Source: Bugula neritina
Taxonomy: Eukaryota > Animalia > Bryozoa
Direction of reading: 5' to 3'
Assembly (NCBI GenBank): GCA_964035545.1
Contig: OZ037765.1
Span: forward strand, 3,348,001-3,412,000
DNA length: 64,000 bases
Positions 47,992 to 61,405 of this stretch are shown one piece after another. Below the pieces are notes generated by a model. That model worked only from the letters and a program-made list of their open reading frames with translations. It made no database searches and was not told the origin of the DNA. Position 1 is the first letter of the stretch, and each line of letters begins with the position of its first letter. The position numbers and the translations under genes are program-made.

Positions 47992-50900
47992 CTAGCACTT
48001 TTCTGCGATTGTAAGGTTATTTTCATAGCAGGCTTGTTCCGTCAGCTTAGTTACTTTCTCATAGACATGGTCATCTAATGTAGCCTGAGGACTTGTTGTC
48101 TCATATTCAGCACTTTGTACTGGTACATCTTGTGTAGCATCCTGATTCTTAGAAGATGTAGGTGTCAGTCCCACTTCTTCATATTCGGGATTAAGTTGAG
48201 CTCTGTTCTCTCCAGACTCAGTACCAGAAGATCTTCTCACCAACACAACAATAAGAATCACTGCTTGTAAAATGATGATGAAACCCATTGGAATACCAAC
48301 TGCTACTCCGACCACCAAGCCTGTTGTGAAAACCAAAGTATACCAATTATTTCTATGAAATCTATGTAAACCTGCCATAAATGGTGGCTTTTGTATGTAA
48401 ATAAACATTGAGCTACAAGGTTGCTGTTACAAATATTCAAAACTAAGACAATGGTTTTGGTGTCAAGAGTTGTAATAATACACACTTTCTACTTTTGGTA
48501 GACTGACACATACAGTAGACTGACACATACAGTAAACTGACACATACAGTAGACTGACACAGACAGTAGACTGACACATGCAGCATACTGACACATACAG
48601 TAGAGTGATACATACAGTAGGTTGACACATATTGTAGAGTGACACATGTAGTAGCGTGACATATACAGTAGACTGACACATACAGTAAACTGACACATAC
48701 AGTAGATTGACACACACAGTAGACTGACACATACGGTAGAGTGACACATACAGTAGACTGAAACATGATATATACTGACACCTACATTAGTCTAACATTG
48801 CTATACAAAGATGGATGACACATACATTTAGTTGGTAGTTCACAGATAGGAGGATTGTCAGACCATTGTCCTTTACCATCTACCAATTCACATGTGATGG
48901 CAACAGGACCTTTTCTTATAAATCCTTCTTTACAATCATAATGCACAGTGGAACTCAATTGCCAGCTTTCATCAACAACTAGTGTTTCAAGATCTGCTAC
49001 AGACCGTGGTGCTGAGCATGTGATTGGTTGAACCACTAAAGCAACAAAATAATAACATCATTTGTCATTTGATAAAGATAAATAATATCACCCAATTTTT
49101 ATTAAAGCTGATAATGCAAACTAATAATAAAAACAGTATATTACTTGTTTACTAAAAACTAGATATAATTCCATGCTAGTGTGTTTCAAACTTACGTCTT
49201 ACATAATCTGCACCAGGAATAGTGGTAAGATTTAAAGCATCATCTTCAGTCTTAGCCTTGAATCCAACAGCAATGTGGTATGAGTATTGGTTGTCTAGAG
49301 GTCTGTTCCAGTAACCACCATATGTCTGGTTATCACCAACACTAAGTGAGGATGAGTAGTTGCTAACAGGAAATGATGCTGTTATATAAACAGTCACATT
49401 GTCTATGCTATCTACAGTAATGGATCTCTTTTTCCTGGATGACAACTTTTCAACAACAATAACCATGGAGTCATATCCTTTCAGAATATCATCAGATGAT
49501 GTGATGATTGGTAGAGGTACTGTAATGGTTTCCTCTGATGTGATGACTATATTGTCATTGCTGTAGGTCAACACTGGCTCTAAAAAATTAATTACATTGT
49601 TTATTAGCAATAGGTAACTAAATATTTTTTGATTAGCCAAGCTCTCTGAGTTTGTATTTATTGCAAATTTTTCTGAGTTTCAAGGTTTGAAGCTTGATGC
49701 CCCGAAATATTTTTAAAATATTGTGAGTAAATCTTTACTTACCTTCAGGTTTAGTCCAAAACACAACTTCCCTAGAATTTTCTCCAAACTCATTTTCAGA
49801 CAGAAGACCTTTAACTGTACAGCTGTATTCTACTTGACTATAGAGTGGTTCTATAGTTAGAGAGGTGGTAGAAGAGTCAGGTGTGTTATAGTAACTCACT
49901 GAGTTTACTGTCACACTATCATTAAAGGTGTTGTTGGTTGTGATGCATGTTACCTGTAGTCAGTGATTGTATATTAAAACAGTATAGTGCATAGCAATTG
50001 TCATTAACATGTGTGCATAAAAATAGCTTTCTGTAAGAATACGCCATGCTTAGACACATCTGCACTAAAAAGGGCAAGTTAATCTTTGTCACTCTGGGCT
50101 AGTCTAAAGTGAATTGGGATGTCAAGGGTACATTACTCCGAAAGAATAAAATGGTGAGTAGTAAATTATCAGCCCAACTTTGCATGAGGATAAAAAGGAG
50201 AAAAAATTATGTAAGTATACATATAGTAACTGGGGGATCATAGAAGCACGTCTTATATAAACAAGTATATAGCATGTTTACTTGACATTGAAAACCAACT
50301 TTAAACATGTACCTGATACTGTTGAATAGAGTAGATCTTATCTGTATAATCTACAGGAGACCAGGAGATGGTAACTGAAGTAGAAGTTCTGATGTCAACT
50401 GTCAGTCCATCTGGTGAGTTGGGTGCTAGAAAAAAACATGGGATAAAAAAATACTGTTGTCACTTTAGAATTCTGTTGGACTATACAAAGTGTGTCAGGG
50501 CTGCAAAGGTTTCATACCAATATCAAGACAATTTCAGCTTCATCTATATCCAATTCGAAGCATCCACGCTTAATTTACAATAGCATTTTTATACATAAAC
50601 ATATATCCTAATTGAAGATAAAATGTATGTCTCCACTATATTAGCTATAAGTTCTGCATTGTAAGCTCAATCCTATTATATATAAGGAAAAATGAAATAT
50701 TTGAAACTAATAGAAACCTGTCAAAGTTTATGTTCTTAAAACACACACATGTGCATATATGCATATACATACACATATACATAATATGCACACCTAAGCA
50801 TGCGCACCATATGCTGCAAAAGCAAATCTGTTTTTACTTGGCATTTAAAACATGTACTACCTTGCAATAACTTCTACTCACCTTTACTAGTTGTGTATTC

Positions 50901-53900
50901 TTTCTGCCATATTATATTCTCATGTCCATCTAGTAGCTTTACTTTAATAGTCAGTTCAAAGGTCACACCTTGCTGTTTAGTGAAAGTCCATGGTCCTGTC
51001 TTTATCTGATTGGATAATTGTCCACTCCCGTAAGTTAATGTACCACTGGATACACAGTCGTCAGCTTCCTGTTACAGTAAATAAGATTCATATTATAATT
51101 GAAGATGTAGGTTTTACCATTATATTATGCTAAACCTATATGCATTGAAAAGCAGTATAAAAATATATAACAGTCTAAATCCATTGAGGTGTATCTTTAA
51201 TTATAAACCTAATTTATCTACTTTGGTGACATCATGAAAAAGTTTAAAACTTATGCAAGTAAAACTTTATTAATTAGATTTCTATTTTATTACTTTATTC
51301 ACATTGTCCTAACTGCATATACTTTTAGAGTATAAACGAAATGTCATAGTCAAAAGTCAATATATGATCCAAAAGTCTAGATTGAGAAGAAAAACATAGA
51401 CTTACAAGCAAAGGCACAAACACAGTAAGTATTCTCTTTTTTCTTGGTTTCAGAATCCCCCTTTCTATTATGATAACATCTGCAGGTGTTAATTTTCCTT
51501 TTTCTACAATATATATAAAACATTTTAAATAAATTTACTAAAAAAGGTGTACTTAACAGAAACAAACAGTTTAGACTCAGGAGAGATAAATATAAGCTTC
51601 AGAAAACAGAATGATGACTTACACTTATTGTTAATTAATCTGCTAAGTAAAAATTATGCGAATATCAATAATTTACCTGCACAAAACAGAGCACTGACTG
51701 TGGAGACATCTTGTATTAACTCTTCACCATTATAATTCCTCACAGTAGATACTCTAGCATAGTAAGGTTGTTGTATATTCAGATTACTAATCACAGTCTC
51801 TCTGTAGTCTATAGAAACTAATTTAGAGTTTGTTATTGTGGTAAAGTTGGAGTTGTCTGAACATTCTATTTTAAAATGTGTAGTTGTGAGCTCCTGATTA
51901 GGTGCAGTAGCTGGGAATTCCCACACAATTCTGATTTCTTCTGGTGACACATCTGTGTGAGAAGATACTGGGTCTCCTGATAACTTAACAATTTCTAAAA
52001 GTAACAATTAGCAACTTAACTATTACACCCAACATCAGTTAGGTAGTGAAAATGAAAATAATACAATTTTACCCTTTTACACTTATAGCAAACCATACTA
52101 AGTATAGCTTAATGAACATAAATATTTTATATAAAATAATGGTTTATATAGATTCTACAATGTTAATAGATATATAATTTGCAGCAGAAATTTTAGACAG
52201 AGTTTGCATAACAGCCTTCAAGTTTTAAATTTGAACCTATAAAGAGTGCATCACTGAAAGTATGCAAGTTTATGGGAAAAAGAATTTATAATGCAGTTTT
52301 GTTAGTTCAATAAACTAAGATTATATAACAGTAGTCTTATAAAACAGAAAAAAGGTTATTTAGGCAAGGTTTTAGGTATAACAAAATATTGTTATCGCCA
52401 GGACAGAAATTGATGTCATCATATTGCAATTGTAGATGGTAAAAAATGAATATATGATATAAAGAATAGAGACGGTCTGATTTAGATACAAATGACTAAT
52501 CAAACTTGTAGAAACCAATTGAATGATGGTTAATATTCAAGTCGATATGTGAAAATTTACTATCAGAATTTTTGCTCAATAACTTATACTGTTGAAGGAA
52601 TAAAATATTTTCACATCTCCTTTCCTTAGCCAAGCTGATAATATAACTTTACACTTTGAGAAAAAAAGAGTGCTTGCTTTTAAACATTTAGGTAAAAAAT
52701 GGTTTCACCAATTTTGTGCGACTTTTAGTAAACCTAAAGTAAAATAATATATATAAGGAAAGCTTTGAACCTGCCGCCTGCAGTTAAAAACATGCCTGAG
52801 ATTTATTTTTGCAATATATTATATTTTGGTTGGTAGTCATTCTACAAGTTACAATGTAACAGAAAATTAAACAAGTAATTTATAAGCTACCAATGTATAT
52901 AACAAACTATTCAACTTTGTACCACCATATTTACCTATAATAGATAAAGTGAGATCAACAGTTGATGAGCAATATGAAATATTCAAATACTATATAATAT
53001 ACACTTTATAGTTTTACTGGCTAAAAGAGAAAAACTTACATTTAGTCACTGTCAAACACATAATTGTAAAACTTTCTCTCCCTCCCACGCTAGGATACCC
53101 ACTTTAGACCTTCGACTTGCTTAATCAGGAGCGCTAGCAAGTTACACATCATAGATTCTGAACAACTTAATAAAGTTCTTGCTGTAAAATTGAACTTTCC
53201 ACAAAACTATGCCATATATAAATATTCAGTTCATCAAGATATTACTTATAGTTGTTATGGAACACCAAGTTTGCTATGGGAATGATTAGAGTTTTGGTTA
53301 CGCGAATGTAGCTCGTAAGTGTAGGAGAAAAAATCGTTGACTTTCTAAACTTTCAGCATAAATAAAAAACTTTAAACTCTACTTTGGCCTCACACATTTC
53401 TATATCACCCTTTCCCAATTGACGACACAAAATTTACTTCCCATTTCATACCAGTTGTGACTCAATCTCTATGCACATTTGCTGATTACAGATAATGAGC
53501 ACAAGTAGCTGTAAGTCCTAGCGAGTAAAATATACACCAAAATATACTTGAAATGGCCACAGATTGTGCTGTGCACTTGTTATTGGTCAATAATCTATGG
53601 CTCATTGCACCAGTGTATGATAATCACCTGCTATGTAGGCTCTCAGTGCTACTCCTCTACGTTCTTGTCTAACAATTGAAGACGTGAGTCTGTCTAATCT
53701 GTTTCTGTTATGATTAGCTGGATTACGTATATAAGCTTCAGGATCAACACCTGACAGACTTGGTCTAAATGAGACGAGGTTACCTTTACAACCAGATGTA
53801 CTCAAGTCTTCTACATACAGAGCAAGAAAGTCTCCTTTTCTAACTACTTCTGTAGAGTTCTGTACAAACTGGAATCTGATTCCTCCTGTAGATACATCTT

Positions 53901-56900
53901 CAGGTGTGAGTAGAGTTTCTGTAATCAGATTGAATACAGCAGAGTTACTTTCTCCTGTCTGTCTCCAGATAGCAGCATATGAATCACAGTAGTCAGTAGA
54001 ATGACCAATCATATACTTCCAGCCAACTAGATATCCGTCTGCTTCTATCTTATAATTAAAGAGTAACATGAAAGCAAATCCAGCTGATCCATAATTTTTT
54101 ATCTTTGTGTTGGTTGCACTGTCAGAGTTATCTGAAAAAGATAATATGTTATTCCTAAAATGGAATATCACCTTTATCAGGTATATAGTGCAAACCATTT
54201 CAATATAAAAATTTACATGCCTGATTATCACCCTATTTAATTATCTCATTACATCAAATCATACATTTTCCTATAAATGTGTTATAATAAAACATTTAGT
54301 ATGCTGGGTTCATCCTTAAACGTGTAGCTCAATAACTTTCTAGACTTAGCATTTTAAAGGTTTATAGCATGCAAATTGCAGTATGTTATTATATCAGTTT
54401 AATTCAATGTTACCATGGTACATAGGATATATTTATGTTATATCTATTATGAGTTGTGCTCTCTAGAAAAGTGATGAACTCATTTCAGCTCAGCTGCACC
54501 TATACATTCACACTATAACCAGTGTAATGAAATATTAATTTATATATATATATCTCTGGTTTGAAAAAGTATATTGAGGATGCACGCAAAACCTGCAACA
54601 ACATGTTCATTTGTGTCCAGCTTTTCAAACCTGCCAGCATGTGCTTTGCTGTTACTTTGCAACAAAGTATTACTGCATGTTCTCTCACAACAGCTTAGAG
54701 AAAGTGTATTTTGCACATTTCTTTGATAAATGCTTTTTTTATAACTTCATATACTGTGAAAATAATAAACTAATCTCATTTTAGTTGAATTTCACATTTT
54801 CTAATCTATTGTATTTTTGCATATCATTTCATATTTGCTGTAACGTATGTAGCAAGTGTGCCTTCTGCCAATAGCCCAATTTTTCTCTGTGCCTTCTATC
54901 ATAGCAATAGCGTACATTTTGTTCTCTATGCACACATTTACTTTATAAATACTAAAGTTCTAGCATGTTTCAATTTCATTTTATGTTTAAAACTTCAGAT
55001 CCCGGAATGCACATACTATATTATCTATATATTAGAAAAAAACAATATTTTATCTATGTAACTTCGAGGCAACTTCGATGCTAAGTGAAGAGAAATCACC
55101 TGGCTCTGATGGCATTCACCCTGAGGTTATCAAAAGGGGAGGGCCCAAACTAATAAGTACTCTCCATGAGAAAATAAAGGAGGTATGGAAAACTGCTGTA
55201 GTCCCTCAAGATTGGAAAGATGCCCAACTTATAACCATCTTCAAAAAGGGTGATCGGAAGCTGTGCGGTAACTACAGAGGTATCTCCCTGCTCTCAATTC
55301 CCGGTAAAGTTTTTGCTCGTGTCCTTCTAAATAGACTGACATCATATGCAGAAAACTTTCTACCCAAAACTCAGTGTGGATTCCGTAGTGGAAGGGGAAC
55401 AGCAGACATGATATTTGCACTGAAGCAGATACAGGAAAAATGCATCGAGCAAAATATGCCCCTGTACATGGTCTTCATTGACTTCACCAAAGCGTTCGAT
55501 ACTGTTGATCGGGCGACCCTGTGGAAGATCTTACAGAAACTCGGTTTTCCCAGTCACTTCACCAATCTTATCAGCGCTCTCCATACTGGCATGAAGGCCT
55601 CAGTCAAGCTGAAGGAGGAGTTATCTGAGTCGTTCCAGGTCAACAATGGTGTGAAACAAGGATGTGTGTTGGCTCCAACGCTATTCTCTATTTTCTTATT
55701 GGCTGTTCTACAGCACGCATTTGAAAACTGTGATAAGGGCGTCTGGATTCAAAGTAGACCTGGAGCTGATCTGTTCAATGTGAACCAATACAAGTCAACA
55801 ACAAGAACACAGAAAGTATTGGTTAGAGAACTCATGTTTGCTGCTGACACTGCCTTCGTTGCACCCAGCCATGGCGATGCACAGGAATTAGTCGACAGAT
55901 TCGCCAGAGCTTCCAAAGCTTTTGGTCTGAAGATCAATATCAAGAAAACGGAAACGCTCTACCAACCGGCACCTGGAGCCCATGACAGTGGTGACAGTAT
56001 CTGCATAGATAATGAAGACCTTGCCAACGTCAATAAGTTTAAATATCTTGGGTCTACAGTGATGTGCAACAACAAGATGGATGAAGAGATTCATACAAGG
56101 ATGTCCAATGCTTCAATCTCATTCGGCAGACTAAAGACCAAAGTGTGGTACAATAAGGATCTGTCATTCAAGACCAAGTGTACAGTGTACAGAGCCATTG
56201 TCCTGTCCTCTCTGCTCTATGGAGCGGAGGCCTGGCCTGTATACAGGATAGCCGCTCACAAATTCAACACCTATATGATGAGACATCTACGCCAGATCTT
56301 GAACGTGAAGTGGTGGGATTTCATCTCGAATGAGGAGACTCTAGCACAGGCAAATCTACCCAGCATGTATGAACTACTCATTCAAAAAAACCTGAGATGG
56401 GCTGGTCATGTGCATCGAATGGATAACTCTAGATTACCTAAACAAATTCTCTATTCACAACTGAAAGAAGGCACCCGTGGTGTTGGCAGGCCGCGACTGA
56501 GATTCAAAGATACCGTTAAACGCAATCTAAAAGACCTGAAGATCCCTATTGGTAGCTGGCAATCTCTCAGCAAAGACAGATGTAAATGGAGGACCATGAT
56601 TCACCGGAAGTCATCTTCGGACACGAAGGACAGCTAATGATGATGATGAAAGGTTTACATTGAGCCAAATGACCCTGGCCTATATTGACTGACAAAGACG
56701 TCAGTGGATTGATAGATAATTTGTCTATAGCAGACAACTGACTAGCAATGCTGAAGTTGCTTTCCATAACCTTCGTATAACTCAAGGTGATGGTGAAACT
56801 CACCTGAGTATACTGCTGGATTGTAGTGAACAAAACAACAAAACAAAACAAAAACAAAATTGCCTGGTCGTTGCATAAGAAAGCTGAAAAGATTTCACAG

Positions 56901-58559
56901 AGATACCCAAATCAGTTCAGTAAACTACTTAAAGGAGCTGACAGACTATCAGAAGGTGATGGAATAGAATATTATCTTGTGGAAACACAATTGAAAACAA
57001 AAGTATTTACTGGAGAAGGAGGTATGAAAACATTTTTCAGTCAGCATAGAAAATGTACTGTATGCCTCTGCCTGGCATGTAATTTTTCATTTCATAACTA
57101 ATAATGATGTTGTGCTCTGCCCACTTCCATTTTGACTGATAATGTTTTCTTTTTTACATTTTACATACAAATCATAATTAGGATAACATATATGCATTTG
57201 CACCCAATTTAATATTAATTAAACATTTTATAGTATTTAGCGAAATTTTGCTAACATTATTGACAAGATTGCATATCATTGGTAAGTTTAGATTTGCAAT
57301 AGCCTAAAATTGTTGTATACTTTCAAATTATGGTGAAAAATTCTTTTTCAATCAGAAAGCTGTAGCTATAAAAAATCAAAAGTTTCACTCATACCTGAAT
57401 ACCAGAGAGGAAGGTTAAAGTACTGATAGCCTGCATGCTTATCTGATGTCACTCCAGCATCATCTGATCTCTCGTTGACAATCTCACATAGATCTCCACT
57501 CACTGCCTTCACTATAGAACTACAGTTATAACTGATGTCTTCATCTTGTAAACAGAAACTCATACACTCTCTGAGGTCTGATGTACTTATATGGTTGTAC
57601 TTCTGTACTCCACTGCTTAGATAGTAACCTTTAGTAGCTGTCCATGGCTGCCATATTCCTGTGAAATACAATACTCTATGAGAGAGTGTACACAAAAATT
57701 CGTTTATAACTAGACCCATGATTACTTGTTGCCTAAAAACATTTCACCAGTCACATTTTAGGGTCAGATTTTAAGAAATATAGAATTTGATAGATTGATC
57801 TGCATGCTGTAATTTGTTGTGCACTCTAAAATTCAAAGTCTTTCTGCAAAATTTATAATTTATTTGAGTATATAACAATAATTTTTTCTCAAAACGTGCT
57901 ATATAAACTTACTATACGATGTTGTATTGCAATCCTATAGTCATTCGATTTCATAAATACTCACCAGCACAGTCTGGTCTAACAGAGTATCTCCGCTGAC
58001 TATCAGAACTACTAATAGTGGCAGTCTGAGTATTCTCTGCTAACAGTTCACAGTTTCCATCATCAGTTCTATAGTTTATTGAGGCACATATAAATGATGT
58101 CTGCTGCATACACTGAGCTCTACACTCATCTTCACTGGTTACAGAGAGTGTCTTTATACTACCAGATGTTATGTAAGGATCTAGTGTACCCACACCTGGT
58201 GTCCAGTCACAGGTTAATCCTGAAGACATGCAATAATAAAGCATAATATGGTGCTTGCTATAATAGTTTAATCAGTGTACATAATACTGGCTGGGAAAGT
58301 TAAACTATTTATATCTAGTGTTTGTAAAGTGTTTTAGAATAGCAAGAGTTTACTATTGATTTATACATTTGAGAGCAAGTACTATAAATGCATCAGTTTA
58401 TAGAATTTTTGTTCATGCTATATAATAATTTTCACAAAAAAATCTTAATAAGTCATGTTATAAAATAATGTTATCTAACATACCTTGTACTGGTGCAGAG
58501 ATAGACACAGTAACTAGAAAGAACCACAAGTGAAAACACAAGTACAGTATTCTCTCCAT
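47992..58559 (-). CDS. Receptor copy E, long form (~982 aa, 12 exons)
   Basis: Exons 58484-58559, 57965-58219, 57395-57658, 53628-54131, 51677-51994, 51406-51503, 50882-51068, 50313-50425, 49743-49953, 49196-49579, 48826-49035, 47992-48320 (2949 nt). SP is MERILYLCFHLWFFLVTVSISAPVQ. Confidence 0.87.
48498..48781. repeat. 17-bp minisatellite, about 17 units, in intron 11 of copy E
   Basis: Same unit as 35571-35967. Confidence 0.93.
55078..56637 (+). CDS. RTE-type reverse transcriptase (N-truncated ORF2, 519 aa); the catalytic FADD motif reads FAAD
   Basis: KSPGSDGI, NYRGISLLS, QCGFR, FIDFTKAFD, GVKQGCVLAP, LMFAADT, FKYLGS, LRWAGHVHRM, GRPRLRFKD. Confidence 0.9.
   Translation: MLSEEKSPGSDGIHPEVIKRGGPKLISTLHEKIKEVWKTAVVPQDWKDAQLITIFKKGDRKLCGNYRGISLLSIPGKVFARVLLNRLTSYAENFLPKTQCGFRSGRGTADMIFALKQIQEKCIEQNMPLYMVFIDFTKAFDTVDRATLWKILQKLGFPSHFTNLISALHTGMKASVKLKEELSESFQVNNGVKQGCVLAPTLFSIFLLAVLQHAFENCDKGVWIQSRPGADLFNVNQYKSTTRTQKVLVRELMFAADTAFVAPSHGDAQELVDRFARASKAFGLKINIKKTETLYQPAPGAHDSGDSICIDNEDLANVNKFKYLGSTVMCNNKMDEEIHTRMSNASISFGRLKTKVWYNKDLSFKTKCTVYRAIVLSSLLYGAEAWPVYRIAAHKFNTYMMRHLRQILNVKWWDFISNEETLAQANLPSMYELLIQKNLRWAGHVHRMDNSRLPKQILYSQLKEGTRGVGRPRLRFKDTVKRNLKDLKIPIGSWQSLSKDRCKWRTMIHRKSSSDTKDS
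55078..56649 (+). mobile_element. 5'-truncated RTE-clade LINE in intron 3 of copy E (antisense to the host)
   Basis: RT ORF followed immediately by a (TGA)4 tail at 56638-56649. No endonuclease domain. GC-richer than the flanks. No target-site duplication recognised. Confidence 0.92.
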
Positions 58560-58977
58560 GTTAACACTACTTGGTAATATCTATACACTGAGGTAGTGCT
58601 TAGTAAAGTTATGCTTCTATACAAATGAATCACAATAGCTAGAACCTTCCAATATAAGTAGGTAGCTGCTATAATAGATGCATTGTACCTAAAAGAATAA
58701 AAAGTCACAAGACTGTAGTACAAGGAGGAAGTTGAAAAATTCTATTCAAATATTTCAATCAGTATTGTGTAATAAGTATTCAATTTTTACTCTCAATGCA
58801 TTTTGTTATTTTGAAGGTTGTGTCCCCTGTACTAGGTAAAAGAAGTTGCGCTGATTCGATACATTGTTAATGTTTAATAAAAGTATTGCTCCTTATTATA
58901 CATAAGACTATTAGACATGCACCACTCAGCTAGCGAGGTAATGAAGTAAGTCAAGTAACATTAATTGAGGTTCAAGT

Positions 58978-59896
58978 TTACTTGACTTACTTGACAAACT
59001 TGAAGATGCAATCACCTAAATTACTGTAAGTGACGTGTCTCGTTTGGTGAACAGAATTAATAAATGTAGTTAATACTTTTATCACATAGGTGCAGTTCTG
59101 TTTTAGGACTTTGGTGTCAGTACAGGGCCTTATGAGGCCTGTCTGTGAGCAGCATTTGATGTTATTTTCATATCACGTATCGTTCTGGGTAAGAAGCTGT
59201 TATATGAAATAGTGAGGTATGTTAGTCCTGAAAGTAGTGGGCATGCCATTTGACTGGGACCTGGTGGTATAACTGATGTAGTGGGCTGGTCCATGAGGTG
59301 TTCATACAGTTTTGAGAGTGAAGGATGATATTCCTCTTTGGCCAGGATCCGCATCAAGAGACTAAGTCGTAGGTCTTTACGCCTGTTTTGCAGGGGGTCA
59401 ATCCAAGCCTAGATCTTGCCTCATCTGAGCTACCCCTGCCTTTAATACCTGCCACAAATTTTACAAACTGCTCTTGCACTTGCTCGATGCCTACTGCAGC
59501 CTTCTTGGAGCTAGAGTCCCACACAGCAGCAGCATATTCTAGATGAGGGCGACACAGGTCTTTGTATGCTATTAACCTCGCCTTTTCTGGTGCCCAATAC
59601 AGTGCCCTTTTAATCATCCCGAGTTGTTGTTGCTTCGCGGTGAGTAATTTCTGCGAGAGTCTGGCCTCCAAGTGAATAGTTATGTGTGAATTTCTTGTCA
59701 CTGAAGATGATGATCTTGCTTTTCTTCACATTGAAAGACATAGCCATCCTGCATATACCTGAAAGTCCAAAGAGTTCAGGTTGTGCTGAAAATGGGCTGT
59801 GTCCTGCTGGCTTGTGATGGTCTGGTACATTAAGGTGTCATCTGCAAATAGGTCGACTTGACAATCTACTTCGTTTGGGAGGTCATTGATAAATAC
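58978..59896 (-). mobile_element. Decayed 5'-truncated CR1/L2-like LINE fragment
   Basis: FINDLP...VDLFADDTLMY, LCRPHLEYAAAVWD and YNSFLPRTIRD occur in shifting frames. The 3' tail is short CAAGTAAGT repeats at ~58978-59003. Confidence 0.8.
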
Positions 59897-59985
59897 ATCA
59901 CAATAAGAATAACCACTAAGTATAATGATGATGAAACCCATTGAAACATCAACTGCTACTACATCCATGCACCCAGCTTGCTTCT
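59897..59985 (-). pseudogene. Relic TM exon cut off by the LINE fragment
   Basis: VAVDVSMGFIIIIL resembles VAVGVPMGFIIIIL. It is frameshifted and joins the LINE sequence at ~59896. Confidence 0.7.
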
Positions 59986-61405
59986 AAAATAAGAAAATAT
60001 GTATAAATTTTTGCTGGAAAAACTCATTCTGTGAGCAAGTTTTTTTTTTATTGAGAAGCAGTGTTACGGGTTTGCTGCTGCAAGTAATCAAAACCTAAAG
60101 CGTAACATTCGACTAAATATTTCGCTCACCTTCTTTAAGATCGTTATGCATAAAAACCACTTTTTTGCTTCAAAGCACTCAGCTGGCTTCAAATAATAAA
60201 AGCTGCCAAGCTTTTGTGGAGTTGTTAATTATTGCAGCTTCTTGAAAATTAAGTTTTATTTTTTTGGTTCTCACTCTGTGGTCAGCATTACATTGACCTT
60301 CTGACTCTGCTGCCAAAAGTATAGCTGTCTCAATAGTCTACTTATATGAATAATTAAGATACATTTGCCTGTTGTGTTCTCTGTTTATAAGTTGTCTTCT
60401 CTATAAACTGCAAAACTTAATATAAAACTTGCTCAAACGACATTCAACGTTTAATATCTGCTAATAGCTTTGATGATTTTCTACATTTTTTGACTCCTAT
60501 ATAGTATTTGTAAATTGCTAAAAGAAAGCTGCTTCACAGCACTGAGTGTCTGACAAAGTCACACTCTAGTCACCATAATGCATTTATGTCTTCTGAATAA
60601 TGATGATAATAATGATACAGTTCTGTATATTAAAGTTATCAAAAGCAGGGCCAAAATATGATCAACAATGGAATAAGTCAAAGGTTGTGCAACCTCAACA
60701 ACTGTTACAGCTATCTGATTGCTAATTTCTAGCGTAAATACATTGTAGTGCTCTAATGCCAAATGCCAAAGTCATCTTTTATTACAATAAAAATAAACGT
60801 GAGTCATTTTACAGCTCTCACATACGTATTTTATAATTTTATTTTTAATTGATTTTATTATAATAATAATAGAAGTGCTTTACATATTATAGTTAGTATC
60901 GGTAATATGAATAGTTATGTAAACTGCAGGTAGTTGTTATTGAATCATTTTTCCAAAAAAAACAATTTCTAAAGCATATTATAGAGCAACATACATTACA
61001 AATAAATTTAGTCAGAAATATTTTATTCATATTTTGTAATCTAAAAACTAGCAGCTAAAATTATTATGACAAAATTTACTTTAATATAGACAAGAAAATT
61101 TAAACAAATCAAGCAGGAAGCATATTTTTTATAAAACAGTGAAAGTGCAGATATGTAGTTTCAAGCAATTATAGTAAGTACCATATAATAAAACATTTTC
61201 TAAAAGTTAGTTTAATCTAAATCAAGATTAATGGATTTCTTATTTTAATCCAACAGAGACCTAAAGTTATTTCGTTATAAGATCATATAGGTTTAACACA
61301 TTACTATTATAAAATGCACATTTAGGACAATAATTTTTAACATTTAACTTCTAGCATATTAAAAGCTCAGTAAGCAGTAAGAACTGTTTTTGAATTAAGT
61401 TTGTT

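Noticed and set aside
24000-58559. Calling the genes receptor tyrosine phosphatases, plasminogen/HGF or complement regulators
   Set aside because: There is no PTP (HCSAG), kringle or protease exon. Only single shared modules are present, so no gene symbol is given.
59726-59968. ORF joining a TM segment to an RT motif as a novel fusion protein
   Set aside because: It is a chance read-through across the junction of a frameshifted TM relic and a decayed LINE.
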